A stretch of 64,000 nucleotides of DNA. It comes from Candidatus Latescibacterota bacterium. GTDB lineage: Bacteria; Latescibacterota; UBA2968; GCA-2709665. Position 1 is the stretch's first letter, and each line of letters begins with the position of its first letter. The stretch is taken from positions 1,920,001 through 1,984,000 of the forward strand of contig OZ220733.1 in assembly GCA_965116875.1 (NCBI GenBank), read 5' to 3'. A program made the position numbers and the translations under genes. The notes below the pieces were generated by a model. It was not told the DNA's origin, ran no database searches, and saw only the letters and a program-made list of their open reading frames with translations. Of the stretch, positions 1 to 9,420 are shown piece by piece.

Positions 1-30
1 ACCAAACGTCTCTTCTGCTTCGCCTTCTTT

Positions 31-1092
31 ATGATCGGTCTTTCGCACGCTGCCCCCGCGTATGGCCTCGTCGTTGGCCGCGTCATCAACAAGACGGACT
101 CGAAACCCCAACAGGACTGCGTGGTATTGCTGATCCGCCAGGCCGACGAACCTGAAATCGTCGGTCGGGACACGACCGATGAACGTGGGCGATTTTCATT
201 CCGCGACGACGGCAATGACGCGTTGCGGTTTCTCTCCGCGGCCTATGCGGGCGCCAATTACGTCCAGAGGCTTTCGAACGGCCCCAACGAAATCGCCGTC
301 TACGAAACCACCGACTCGGACACCGCTCTCTCAGTGGTCTCTCACCACATCATCGTGGACGCGGCCGAAAAGCGGGTGGAGCAGATCCTGATTGTCGAGA
401 ACAGCGGCAACCGCACGTTCAGGACCGGAGAGGGTCACGGACATGGCCTGGAGGTCTTCCTGCCCGACGGCGTGACGGAGGTGAGAGACGGCCCCCAGGG
501 TCTTCACACCCACGGCGAAATCCTCGTGAATCCGGACCCCGTCCGTCCGGGTCACAGCCAGTTGTTGTTTGCCTTCGACCTGCCCGTCTCGGGGCGACTG
601 TCGCAGACCCTGAGCTACCCCACGGGAACCGTGGACGTCTTCGTCCGTCCCGCGGACGCGGAGGTCGCCGCGGGCGCGCTTCAGGACCGGGGCGAAGTCA
701 CATTCGAACAACACAGCTTTCGACGGTTCTCCGGCGCCGGCTTCAACCGGGGCGACCGGATCGACCTGGGAATCAACACATCACCGTGGTCTTTTTCGGC
801 GCTGTGGGGTGATACCGACGTCAGGTTTGGGGTGCTGCTTGGCCTGGCGATCGCCTGCGCGCTGCTTGCCATCTTCTTCCGGCCCCCCGGAAAAACGGGT
901 TCACCGGCGCAAGCGCCGGCCGAAGGCCTGCCCGACCTTCAAGCGCGCAGAAGCGCCCTGATGCACCAGATCGCGGATTTGGATGACAGGTACGAGAAGG
1001 GCCGGCTCCCGGAGGAAGAGTACCGAATCCGTCGAAATGCCATCAAAGCGGAGCTTGTCGATATGACTCGCGCCCTGGACGGCGAGGCTTAG
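31..1092 (+). CDS. Exported/membrane protein heading the ccm cluster (beta-rich N-terminus, TM helix, CcmI/SHOCT-like C-terminal coil); true start may lie before the window
   Basis: 353-aa ORF; TM segment FGVLLGLAIACALLAIFF; C-terminal RRSALMHQIADLDDRYEKGRLPEEEY; ends 5 bp before ccmA. Confidence 0.6.
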   Translation: MIGLSHAAPAYGLVVGRVINKTDSKPQQDCVVLLIRQADEPEIVGRDTTDERGRFSFRDDGNDALRFLSAAYAGANYVQRLSNGPNEIAVYETTDSDTALSVVSHHIIVDAAEKRVEQILIVENSGNRTFRTGEGHGHGLEVFLPDGVTEVRDGPQGLHTHGEILVNPDPVRPGHSQLLFAFDLPVSGRLSQTLSYPTGTVDVFVRPADAEVAAGALQDRGEVTFEQHSFRRFSGAGFNRGDRIDLGINTSPWSFSALWGDTDVRFGVLLGLAIACALLAIFFRPPGKTGSPAQAPAEGLPDLQARRSALMHQIADLDDRYEKGRLPEEEYRIRRNAIKAELVDMTRALDGEA

Positions 1093-1097
1093 GCGTT

Positions 1098-1856
1098 GTG
1101 GCCCCGCCCGCTCCGGCCATCGTCCTCGAAAACGTGGAAAAACGGTTCGGCCGCATCGCCGCCCTGGACGGCGTCGACCTTATCGTTCCGGGCGGCGCCC
1201 TTGCGCTTCTGGGCCCGAACGGGGCAGGCAAATCGACCCTCCTGCGGGTCGTTGCGACCCTCACCAGACCCGCGCGCGGACGTATATTCATCCGGGGCGC
1301 GGATGCCGGCAAGGCGCCGGAGCGCGTTCGAGCGGACATCGGTCTGATCTCACACCAGACCCTTCTCTACGAAGACCTGACCGCAGGTGAAAACCTGCGT
1401 TTCTACGGCCGGATGTACGGTCTGGGCGATCTGAAAGAACGCGTGCGTCAGGCACTGGCGGACGTGGGGCTTTCCGGCAGGGAACACGACCGTGTCCGCG
1501 GGTTTTCGAGGGGCATGAAGCAGCGTCTCGCCGTTGCCCGCGCCACACTCCACCGGCCCGCGATTCTTCTTCTCGACGAGCCGTTTGCGGGCCTGGATGC
1601 GGCGGCGTGCGGGATGTTGAGCGAACGGTTGCGCCGGCAATGCCGTGATGGCGGTACGGTCATCCTGGTGACCCACGATCTGCAACGGTGTCTGGACCTT
1701 GCGGACCGTTTCGCGATCCTGAACCGCGGGCGTCTGGTCGCGAAGGGAGAAACCGCGGGACAGTCGATCGAGCGTCTCGAGCATTGTTACGAGAATGCCA
1801 TCATCCAGGATCCCGGCGCCAGAATGAAAGCAGAACGGGGAACCGTCGACTTCTGA
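1098..1856 (+). CDS. ccmA: Heme ABC exporter ATP-binding protein CcmA
   Basis: Walker A GPNGAGKST, signature FSRGMKQR, Walker B LLLDEP; precedes ccmB/ccmC. Confidence 0.9.
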   Translation: MAPPAPAIVLENVEKRFGRIAALDGVDLIVPGGALALLGPNGAGKSTLLRVVATLTRPARGRIFIRGADAGKAPERVRADIGLISHQTLLYEDLTAGENLRFYGRMYGLGDLKERVRQALADVGLSGREHDRVRGFSRGMKQRLAVARATLHRPAILLLDEPFAGLDAAACGMLSERLRRQCRDGGTVILVTHDLQRCLDLADRFAILNRGRLVAKGETAGQSIERLEHCYENAIIQDPGARMKAERGTVDF

Positions 1857-1887
1857 CGTCCGGCACAACGCCCGAACGGGAGCGTCT

Positions 1888-2568
1888 TTGGCCCTCTTCT
1901 TCCTCCAGGTTTCAGCAGTATTCCGGAAGGACTTCAAGACCGAGGTCCGCACGAAAGAGCGAATCAGCGCAATGTGCTTTTTCGCGTTTCTGGTGCTTCT
2001 TGTCTTTAACTTCGTGTTCAAACCGGACTCGGAAACCATCAGGAGCGCCGCACCCGGCATTTTCTGGATCGCCGTTACGTTCGCCGGATTCATGGGCCTG
2101 ACGCGCTCCTTCGTATCGGAACGCGAAAACGACTGTCTGACGGGTCTCCTGCTTTCTCCCGCCGATCGGGGCGCGATCTACCTGGGCAAAATGCTGGCGA
2201 ACCTGTGCGCCATGCTGTTTCTGGAAGCCCTGATCCTTCCGCTTATGGTTGTTTTTCTGAATATCGCCGTCTGGGAATACCTGCCCCGACTGATTCCAGG
2301 TCTTCTGCTGGGGACCCTTGGCTTCGCGGCCGTGGGCACCCTTTTCGCCGCGATGTCGATCCGGACCCGCCTCCGGGAGGCCCTGTTGCCAATGCTCACC
2401 CTTCCCGTCCTGGTTCCGGCCCTCCTGGCGGCCGTCGAATCGTTCCGGGCCGTGCTGGCGGGCGGTTCTCTGTCCGATATCTCCGCCTGGATCCACGTCG
2501 GCGGTGCGTTCGCGCTCTTGTTCGTGGCGGCATGCGTACTCTTGTTCGATTATGTGATCGAGGAATGA
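1888..2568 (+). CDS. ccmB: Heme exporter permease CcmB
   Basis: Multi-TM; KDFKTEVR, ERENDCLTGLLLSP and LLPMLTLPVLVP motifs typical of CcmB. Confidence 0.9.
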   Translation: MALFFLQVSAVFRKDFKTEVRTKERISAMCFFAFLVLLVFNFVFKPDSETIRSAAPGIFWIAVTFAGFMGLTRSFVSERENDCLTGLLLSPADRGAIYLGKMLANLCAMLFLEALILPLMVVFLNIAVWEYLPRLIPGLLLGTLGFAAVGTLFAAMSIRTRLREALLPMLTLPVLVPALLAAVESFRAVLAGGSLSDISAWIHVGGAFALLFVAACVLLFDYVIEE

Positions 2569-2569
2569 T

Positions 2570-3268
2570 ATGGGGAAACAACTCTACCTGTGGTCACGTA
2601 TCCTGGGCGTGCTGGCGCTGATCGGCATGCTGACTGCGCCATGGATCGCGCTCGTGTACGCAAGTGTGGAGAGGCAGATGGGCCTCGCCCAGAAGATCTT
2701 CTACTTTCACGTGCCCTCGGCTTTCGCGATGTATGCCGCCTTTTTTCTGGTCTTCGTCTTCAGTATTCTGTACCTGGTTCGACGGGAAAAACGATGGGAC
2801 ATCTGGGCGTCGTGCGCCGCGGAGGTCGGTCTTCTCTTCTGCACGCTGGTACTCCTTACCGGTCCCATCTGGGCGAAACCCGTCTGGGGCGCGTGGTGGG
2901 TTTGGGACGCTCAGTTGACCCTCACCCTGGTCCTCTGGCTCATTTTCGTTGCCTACATGATGTTGAAGAGTTACAGTGAAGACCCCCTGCAGAGCGCCAG
3001 GTTTCGCGCGGTTCTGGGTATCATCGGCTTTCTCGATGCGCCGCTCATCCACTACTCCACGCGGCTGTGGCGCACCCAGCATCCCGAGGTGGTACGGGCC
3101 GAGAAAATAGGGCTGCCGCCGGACATGCTCGTCGCGTTCGTCATCTGCTCCGCCGTGTTTCTTGTACTCGCCGCCGCTATCCTGGCCAGACGCGTCTCGC
3201 TCGAACTCGCCCGGGAAGAGCTTGAAATCCTCAAGTCCGGATTCCGTGGTACGGAGTCGCCGGCATAG
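2570..3268 (+). CDS. ccmC: Cytochrome c biogenesis protein CcmC
   Basis: IFYFHVP and tryptophan-rich WAKPVWGAWWVWD motif. Confidence 0.92.
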   Translation: MGKQLYLWSRILGVLALIGMLTAPWIALVYASVERQMGLAQKIFYFHVPSAFAMYAAFFLVFVFSILYLVRREKRWDIWASCAAEVGLLFCTLVLLTGPIWAKPVWGAWWVWDAQLTLTLVLWLIFVAYMMLKSYSEDPLQSARFRAVLGIIGFLDAPLIHYSTRLWRTQHPEVVRAEKIGLPPDMLVAFVICSAVFLVLAAAILARRVSLELAREELEILKSGFRGTESPA

Positions 3269-3310
3269 CTGATTTCGGCCCGACCGTTCGGCTGATCCTG
3301 GAGGATGTCT

Positions 3311-3481
3311 ATGCAACACCTTGGTTACATGGCCGCCGCCTATGCCATTATATGGGCGGTGATTCTCATCTACTTTGTGGGCCTCGGCCGCCGCGAACGC
3401 GAAATATGGACCGAACTTCAGGCGTTGCGCGAATCCATACGCGAACGAGGCGCCGAACCCGATTCCGGCGATCGTCAGTAG
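3311..3481 (+). CDS. ccmD: CcmD-family small membrane protein (absent from the ORF track)
   Basis: GGAGG RBS then MQHLGYMAAAYAIIWAVILIYFVGLGRREREIWTELQALRE...; one TM plus charged tail, directly after ccmC. Confidence 0.8.
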   Translation: MQHLGYMAAAYAIIWAVILIYFVGLGRREREIWTELQALRESIRERGAEPDSGDRQ

Positions 3482-3517
3482 ACGGTGCAGGAAGCTGACC
3501 GTCGCCACTGAGTTCCC

Positions 3518-4294
3518 ATGGCCGTAAGAAACGCTCGAAAGATCCTCGCGCTTATCAGGAACCGAAAGGCGCGTGAGCGCGAACGTCAATTCGTTATCGA
3601 AGGCACTCGCCTGGTCGAGGAAGCGCTCCTGTCAGACGCTCCGGTGGAGCAGCTCATCTTCGACCGGGAGGCGCTCGAGAACGACGGACGCCTGCAGCAG
3701 TTTCACCGCGAGGCCACACGCCGGGAAATTATCGTCCAGCAGACAGATCGCCGCGCGATCAAAAATATGGGTGAACACCAGAATCCCGAAGGTGTGCTGG
3801 GCGTGGTACGATACGTGACGCGCAACCGGAAACGGGCCCTGGATGCCAGCGGCCCTCTCATCCTCTTCGACCGGCTGCGCGACCCCAATAACCTGGGGCT
3901 GGTTCTTCGCACCGCCGAGGCTGCAGGCGCGGCGGGCATTTTCCTCTCTCGCGGTTCCGTCGAACTCTATAACTCCAAGGTGGTGCGCGCCTCCCGCGGT
4001 TCCATCTTCCGCCTGCCCGTGTTTCGAAATGAAGATCTTCCCGCGCTGATCGAAGACCTGCGGATGAGGGGTGTCCGCGTTTTGTCCACCGAGTTGCAGG
4101 GTACGCCGTTCTACGAGATCGAACGGGAAGGCCGCATCGCCATTCTGTTCGGTAATGAGACCTTCGGCGTCGACCCGGATCTCGGGCAGCGCATCCACCA
4201 GGCCGTCTCCATACCCATGGCGGAAGGCGTGAATTCTCTCAATGTGGCCGTTGCCGCCGGTGTTCTGCTGTTCGGAATCAGAGAACCTCTCTGA
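3518..4294 (+). CDS. TrmH/SpoU family RNA methyltransferase
   Basis: DPNNLGLVLRTAEAAG, FGNETFG and IPMAEGVNSLNVAVAAG SPOUT motifs. Confidence 0.92.
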   Translation: MAVRNARKILALIRNRKARERERQFVIEGTRLVEEALLSDAPVEQLIFDREALENDGRLQQFHREATRREIIVQQTDRRAIKNMGEHQNPEGVLGVVRYVTRNRKRALDASGPLILFDRLRDPNNLGLVLRTAEAAGAAGIFLSRGSVELYNSKVVRASRGSIFRLPVFRNEDLPALIEDLRMRGVRVLSTELQGTPFYEIEREGRIAILFGNETFGVDPDLGQRIHQAVSIPMAEGVNSLNVAVAAGVLLFGIREPL

Positions 4295-4303
4295 CGTCAG
4301 AAG

Positions 4304-4331
4304 AGCCCGGCGGTTGTGTACCGCCGGGCTC
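4304..4331. terminator. Hairpin between convergent genes
   Basis: GAGCCCGGCGGT-tgtgt-ACCGCCGGGCTC inverted repeat after the TrmH stop. Confidence 0.6.
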
Positions 4332-4360
4332 GACTTCTGCTTCGCCCGCAAGGGCCGGCC

Positions 4361-4393
4361 GTAGCCCGGATGGGCTTTTTCAACGGGCTGTTA
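4361..4393. repeat. Repeat family B, right half; overlaps the nitrilase stop codon
   Basis: GTAGCCCGGATGGGCTTTTTCAACGGGCTG is identical to 20325-20354. Confidence 0.75.
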
Positions 4394-5708
4394 AAGATCC
4401 CCGGTTCGATTCGTCACTGTACGCTTCGTAAAGATGCGGACGGCGCTGCAGCCAGTTCACGTCACGGAAACATCCCCCGTTCCAGGTTCGGTACCCGTCC
4501 GCCAGGTCCACCGTTGCCAGAATGTGGTCCCGGTCTCCCTCGTTCCACGCCAGGATTTCTCCCTTTCTGTCGATTACACAGCTGCCCTGGGTCGTATTCC
4601 GGGCAACCACCATGCAGACCTGGTTGTCCATCGCGCGAGTTCGCATGATGGCCTTCCAGCGATCCTCACTGAAAATGGGCGTTCCCGGACTCCACCTGCT
4701 GGCGCGGTGATCGCCCATGATCGGCAGGAGGAGGAAGTCCGCCCCGCTCAGTCCAACCATCCGTGAGGATTCCGCGGCCGAACTGTCCATGCAGATATTG
4801 CATCCGATTCGTCCGATCACCGTATCGAACATCGGAAAGCCGTCACCTGGAAGAATCCCGGATTCGCTCTCGCCGCCCACGGCCAGATGCACCTTGCGAT
4901 ACCTGCCGTCGACCGCTCCATCCGGACCCATCAAGGCCGCCGTATTGTGAACCGCGTCGCCGTCTCTCTCAATCAATCCCAGCAGGAGGTACAGCCCATG
5001 CCGGCGTGCGAGATCCGCAAACGGCTCTGTCTCCGGTCCCGGCAGGGCTGCCGCCAGGTCTATCGGACTTCCGGAAATCCCCCACTGAAGGGCGATTTCC
5101 GGTAAGACAATCAGGTCCGGACCCGAATCGCACGCGGCTTCGCACAGAGGCAGATAATAGTCGATATTCTCGGCGACGGAGGTAAAGGGTCCCTTCCGGG
5201 AACCCGCCTTGCCGGTTACCACCGCCACCCTTACCGCAGCGGGGATTTCCGGCGCCTCGACAATCCTTACCTCCGGCAGATGCCACTCGGATTCGCCCTC
5301 GGTTGCCCACCGGAAGCTGCAGCGCAACGTGAACCGGCTGGCCCCTTCGGGCGCGGTCAACGTCCGGGAAAATCGGATCGTTTGCGTTCCGACGGGCGCG
5401 GGCAGCAGATAGTCCCATCCCTTTATTTCATCAGCACGTACCGTCGCATCGTCGGGCCGCAACTCTCCCCAGTAGGATTTGCAGCGCAGCGTGTCCCTGG
5501 GGTGTTGCAGATTCCTGTAGTCCACCTCCCAGGTCGCCCGGAGCGTTTGACCCGGTTCGATCCCCGAGAATATCGCCTGCCAACCGCCCACGCACGTCCG
5601 TGTTCCATTGGCCGCCGCGGCGAATGTCCTTCCATCCCGTTCAGTCAGCGGCGCGGCGGAAGGATGCGGCGCCCAGGGCTCGATTCTCTCCATTTTCAGA
5701 CTGGCCAT
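4380..5708 (-). CDS. Carbon-nitrogen hydrolase (nitrilase superfamily) with extra N-terminal domain
   Basis: E-K-C triad in LPEIA, YRKVHL and NICMD; RTRAMDNQ. Confidence 0.85.
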   Translation of the reverse strand: MASLKMERIEPWAPHPSAAPLTERDGRTFAAAANGTRTCVGGWQAIFSGIEPGQTLRATWEVDYRNLQHPRDTLRCKSYWGELRPDDATVRADEIKGWDYLLPAPVGTQTIRFSRTLTAPEGASRFTLRCSFRWATEGESEWHLPEVRIVEAPEIPAAVRVAVVTGKAGSRKGPFTSVAENIDYYLPLCEAACDSGPDLIVLPEIALQWGISGSPIDLAAALPGPETEPFADLARRHGLYLLLGLIERDGDAVHNTAALMGPDGAVDGRYRKVHLAVGGESESGILPGDGFPMFDTVIGRIGCNICMDSSAAESSRMVGLSGADFLLLPIMGDHRASRWSPGTPIFSEDRWKAIMRTRAMDNQVCMVVARNTTQGSCVIDRKGEILAWNEGDRDHILATVDLADGYRTWNGGCFRDVNWLQRRPHLYEAYSDESNRGSLTAR

Positions 5709-5771
5709 TTGCTGTCCCCCCGCGATTGTGTTCGGTGTGACGTCAGTCCGGTCGCTGACGATTGGAGGCCC

Positions 5772-6875
5772 CTACCGCTGATCGCCGGTTCTCAATACGC
5801 CATCGACAAACGCATAAGCCTGCTTACGGATTTCCGGTGGAAACGCGTGTTCCGCATCGGGATGTACCGCCAAAAGGCGGTCGGGGACGCCGAGTAACGC
5901 GTAAACGGGCGCTGACGCCCGGACGCAGTCTTTCACCCCGGACACTTCAAAATTGGCGTCGCGCAACGGCGCGTTGATGAAAAAGCCCCGGGGCGCAAGG
6001 GCCGCAACCACCTCCGTGAAATCAAAAGGCATCCGGTTCGGATCTCTTCCGTACCGTTCGGAAATTCGGGGCATATAGCCTGGATGGCTCCAGCCGGTCA
6101 GGTCGCCGCCGTAGTATTTGAAGAATGAATTGAACCCGCAACTGGACACCACGACCTTCAGCCGCCGATCGAACGCGGACAGATACATGGAATTGTGTCC
6201 GCCCAGGGAATGCCCGATACAACCAATGCGTCCGGCATCCACCTCCGGCAGCGACTGCAGCAGGTCCACGGCACGCATGTGGTTCCAGATCCCCTTCATC
6301 GTCGCACTGGCATACCCGTTTTGATATGGATCGAATTCGTACTCTCCGAAATTCACGTAGTCCGGCGCCAATGTCACATATCCCCTCCGCGCAAGCTCCA
6401 GCCCATAGTGCAGATCCGGGATGCCGCCCACGCCCGCGGGTTCGCCTTTGCCGATCTTCGTTGTCTGGTGCAGGCACAACATCGCCGGCGTCTTGCCGTC
6501 CAGGCCCTTCGGAAGCAGGAGGTACGCGGGCACGCGGTCGCCCGGTTCCGACAGAAATGAGATTTTCTTCCTGATCACGTCGCCCAGGTCCTCGGTGGTC
6601 ACAACCTCCATTTCCAGCGGAGGCAGGCTGGAACGATCGGGAAGGGGTCCCATCACTTTCTCCATATTCGCCAGAATATGCGCCCGCCGCTTCTCCCAGT
6701 CCTTCGCGTTCGATATCGCCCGTTCCTCGCCCCGTGCATCCACGTAGACCAGCATCTTCATCTTATCCTCGTAGAACGGCGGCCCCTGCCCGGCAGTGGG
6801 GACGCCCACCAGCATCGCGGTCCCCAGAGCCAGGCTGACCGTCCATCGTGAAAACTTCCTCGGAAAATCTACCAT
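5772..6875 (-). CDS. Secreted alpha/beta hydrolase (dienelactone hydrolase/esterase-like)
   Basis: GHSLGG nucleophile elbow; signal-peptide-like N-terminus; start moved to MVDFPRK. Confidence 0.8.
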   Translation of the reverse strand: MVDFPRKFSRWTVSLALGTAMLVGVPTAGQGPPFYEDKMKMLVYVDARGEERAISNAKDWEKRRAHILANMEKVMGPLPDRSSLPPLEMEVVTTEDLGDVIRKKISFLSEPGDRVPAYLLLPKGLDGKTPAMLCLHQTTKIGKGEPAGVGGIPDLHYGLELARRGYVTLAPDYVNFGEYEFDPYQNGYASATMKGIWNHMRAVDLLQSLPEVDAGRIGCIGHSLGGHNSMYLSAFDRRLKVVVSSCGFNSFFKYYGGDLTGWSHPGYMPRISERYGRDPNRMPFDFTEVVAALAPRGFFINAPLRDANFEVSGVKDCVRASAPVYALLGVPDRLLAVHPDAEHAFPPEIRKQAYAFVDGVLRTGDQR

Positions 6876-6888
6876 GGACCATTCCGTC

Positions 6889-7668
6889 TCAGTGAGCCGT
6901 CCATCCCCCGTCAACAAACAACGACGTCCCCGTAACATAGGTCGACGCGTCGCTCGCCAGAAACACCGCGGCGCCCCTGATCTCGCGCATCTCGCCCCAG
7001 CGATTGAAAGCCGTCTGTCCCAGCAGGCTCTTCACCTTGTCGGGTGTCTTCAGAAGCGGCCTGTTGATCTCCGTCAGAAAGGGTCCCGGGCAGAGCGCGT
7101 TGCACCGTACACCGAAGGGCGCCCACTCCAGGGCAAGCGCCCGGGTCATTCCGGCGACCCCGGCTTTGGAAGAACAATACGCCGAACGCTCCGCCAGACC
7201 AACGGCGCTCAGCGTAGACCCCACGTTGATCACCGATCCGCTCTTCCGGGACGTCATGATCGGCCCCGCGGCCCTGCAGCAGAGCCAGGAACCCGTGAGG
7301 TTGGTCTCTACGACCTGCCTGAACTCATCGACCGGAAAACGATCCAGGGGATGCCGGATGTTGATTCCCGCACAGTTGACGAGGACGTCCAGCCGACCGA
7401 ACCGATCCGTAACCGCCTGCATCAGCCGGGTCACATCCTCATCCACCGTCACGTCGGCGGCCAGCCCAAGGCTATCCCGTCCCGCCTTCGCCGCGATCCC
7501 GGCCGCAACCGATTCGCAGTCCGTCTTGTTTCTCGAACAGACCACCGTACTTGCGCCCGCCTCGGCCAGCGCCAGCGCCATTTCCTTTCCCAGTCCCTTC
7601 GATCCTCCGGTGATCAGGGCTACACGACCGTCCAGTCGAAACAGATCCAGCGTTGTTGGCTCGTCCAT
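6889..7668 (-). CDS. SDR oxidoreductase, KduD/gluconate 5-dehydrogenase-like
   Basis: TGGSKGLG, YCSSK and VDGGW; N-terminal LFRLDGRVALITG. Confidence 0.85.
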   Translation of the reverse strand: MDEPTTLDLFRLDGRVALITGGSKGLGKEMALALAEAGASTVVCSRNKTDCESVAAGIAAKAGRDSLGLAADVTVDEDVTRLMQAVTDRFGRLDVLVNCAGINIRHPLDRFPVDEFRQVVETNLTGSWLCCRAAGPIMTSRKSGSVINVGSTLSAVGLAERSAYCSSKAGVAGMTRALALEWAPFGVRCNALCPGPFLTEINRPLLKTPDKVKSLLGQTAFNRWGEMREIRGAAVFLASDASTYVTGTSLFVDGGWTAH

Positions 7669-7764
7669 ACCCGCCTCCGCAGTTTACATGGTGACGCGAA
7701 CTGGCAGATGCCGCGAATTGACAATTCGCGTTACCGGATCAGGCGCCGGTTCGGCCTATGGTGA

Positions 7765-8886
7765 TCACGGGGATCCATCCCGCGACAGTTCGGCCAGGAC
7801 TGTCCTTAATATCCCGGCAAACAGCAGCCGCTCCTCCGGTGTCCCCACCGTCACCCTGAAGAACCGGTCCAGCGGCGCCGCCGCGGGTTTCCGAACGAAG
7901 GCGCCGTGTCTCTGAAGCGACTCCAGAATCGTATTCGCGCGATCCACCGTTCCGGCATCGAATGCCACGAAATTCGTGGCCGAGGGCAGCGTGGGCAAGC
8001 CCAGACTTTCCCCCAGTCGCGCATAATCCGCCCGTCCTTCCACGACCGACATGACGACGTTCGACACGAAATCCGTATCTTCCAGCGAGGCGAGCGCCCC
8101 GGCCTGTGCCACGCGATTTACACCGTAGTGGTGTCGTACCTTCTCCAGGGCCCCGACCACGTCCGCGTCCGCAACCGCATATCCGATCCGCGCGCCGGCC
8201 ATTCCGTGCGCCTTGGAGAACGTGCGCATACGAATGACACGCGGCCTGATCGGCGCCATCGGCGGTGGCGCGTCCTGTGTTGCAAACTCCGAATACGCTT
8301 CGTCCAGAATCAGCAGACAGCGATCCGGAAGCATCCCCTCGAGCGCCCTGATTTTCGCCGCCGGGTGCCAGGTGCCCGTGGGGTTGTCCGGATTGGACAG
8401 GTACACCATCCGGGCTTCGGTCTCCGCCGCGGCTTCGGCGAGTCCGTCCAGATTGTTTCTGTCATCCCGGTAAGGCACGAAGTGCAGGAGCCCGCCGAAC
8501 CCGTTTACGTGGTAGTTGAACGTGGGGTAAGCGCCGAGGGACGTTACAACCGTCTCACCGGGCTCGATAAAAACCCTCACGACGAGCCCGAGAAGGTCGT
8601 CGATTCCGCTTCCAACGCTGACGTTTTCGAATGGAACACCGTGGAAACCGGCAATTGCGGCGCGGATCTCGTGGTTTTCCGGATCGTTGTACCAGCTCAA
8701 CCGCTCAACCGCCCGGAACATGGCGTCGCGCGCCAGCGGCGAAATCCCGAAAGCGCTTTCGTTTGCGCCCACCCTCACCCTGAAGGCCTCTCCGCGCCGT
8801 CGTTCCAGCGCTTCGGGCCCCACGAAGGGCACCGATGCCGGCAGGCCGCGAACAATTCGGGTAAATGGAAACCGGTCATCCATCAT
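7765..8886 (-). CDS. PLP-dependent aminotransferase, histidinol-phosphate aminotransferase-like
   Basis: SNPDNPTG, LDEAY, RTFSKAHGMAGARIGY. Confidence 0.85.
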   Translation of the reverse strand: MMDDRFPFTRIVRGLPASVPFVGPEALERRRGEAFRVRVGANESAFGISPLARDAMFRAVERLSWYNDPENHEIRAAIAGFHGVPFENVSVGSGIDDLLGLVVRVFIEPGETVVTSLGAYPTFNYHVNGFGGLLHFVPYRDDRNNLDGLAEAAAETEARMVYLSNPDNPTGTWHPAAKIRALEGMLPDRCLLILDEAYSEFATQDAPPPMAPIRPRVIRMRTFSKAHGMAGARIGYAVADADVVGALEKVRHHYGVNRVAQAGALASLEDTDFVSNVVMSVVEGRADYARLGESLGLPTLPSATNFVAFDAGTVDRANTILESLQRHGAFVRKPAAAPLDRFFRVTVGTPEERLLFAGILRTVLAELSRDGSP

Positions 8887-8922
8887 CCGGACTCCGAGGA
8901 CGCAGAGATATTCCGGCGCCCG

Positions 8923-9417
8923 TCAAAAGCGGACTCGGAACCGCAGTCGGAATTCCAGGCCTTCCTCACCGGACCCGTGCGGCTCGCCCCAGTCCACCTG
9001 GTCCAGGTGCGCGTCCACGTACGCATCGCCCATGCTGAACAGGATCAGGCCAATCGTTGTGTACAGAAAGATATTCCGTTCCGGTGTCGGATCAACCGAC
9101 GTGCGATCATTCAGCTGGTTTCGTCGAACGAAGAACGCCACCGTGGAACTCACCTGCGCGGCGGCAATCAGGCTTCCCTTTATGGGTCTGTAGTTATAAA
9201 ACTGCCCCCAGCCCGGCAACGCCAGCGATCGCAACATCGCACCCCTGGGGGGGCGGACCTCCCGGACACTGTCCACGGCCGTCGTATCCGGGCTTTCCGC
9301 GGCCGCCGGACCGACCCACGTGAGCATGGCCATTCCCGCCGCGAATACGAACCGTATTGCGGCAGAACTCCCACGGTTGGGATTCGCGGCTCTCCGGCTC
9401 CAGGCATTGCGCTTCAC
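8923..9417 (-). CDS. Membrane protein, DUF5683-like
   Basis: AMLRSLALPGWGQFYN and DAYVDAHL motifs. Confidence 0.7.
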   Translation of the reverse strand: MKRNAWSRRAANPNRGSSAAIRFVFAAGMAMLTWVGPAAAESPDTTAVDSVREVRPPRGAMLRSLALPGWGQFYNYRPIKGSLIAAAQVSSTVAFFVRRNQLNDRTSVDPTPERNIFLYTTIGLILFSMGDAYVDAHLDQVDWGEPHGSGEEGLEFRLRFRVRF

Positions 9418-9420
9418 GAT

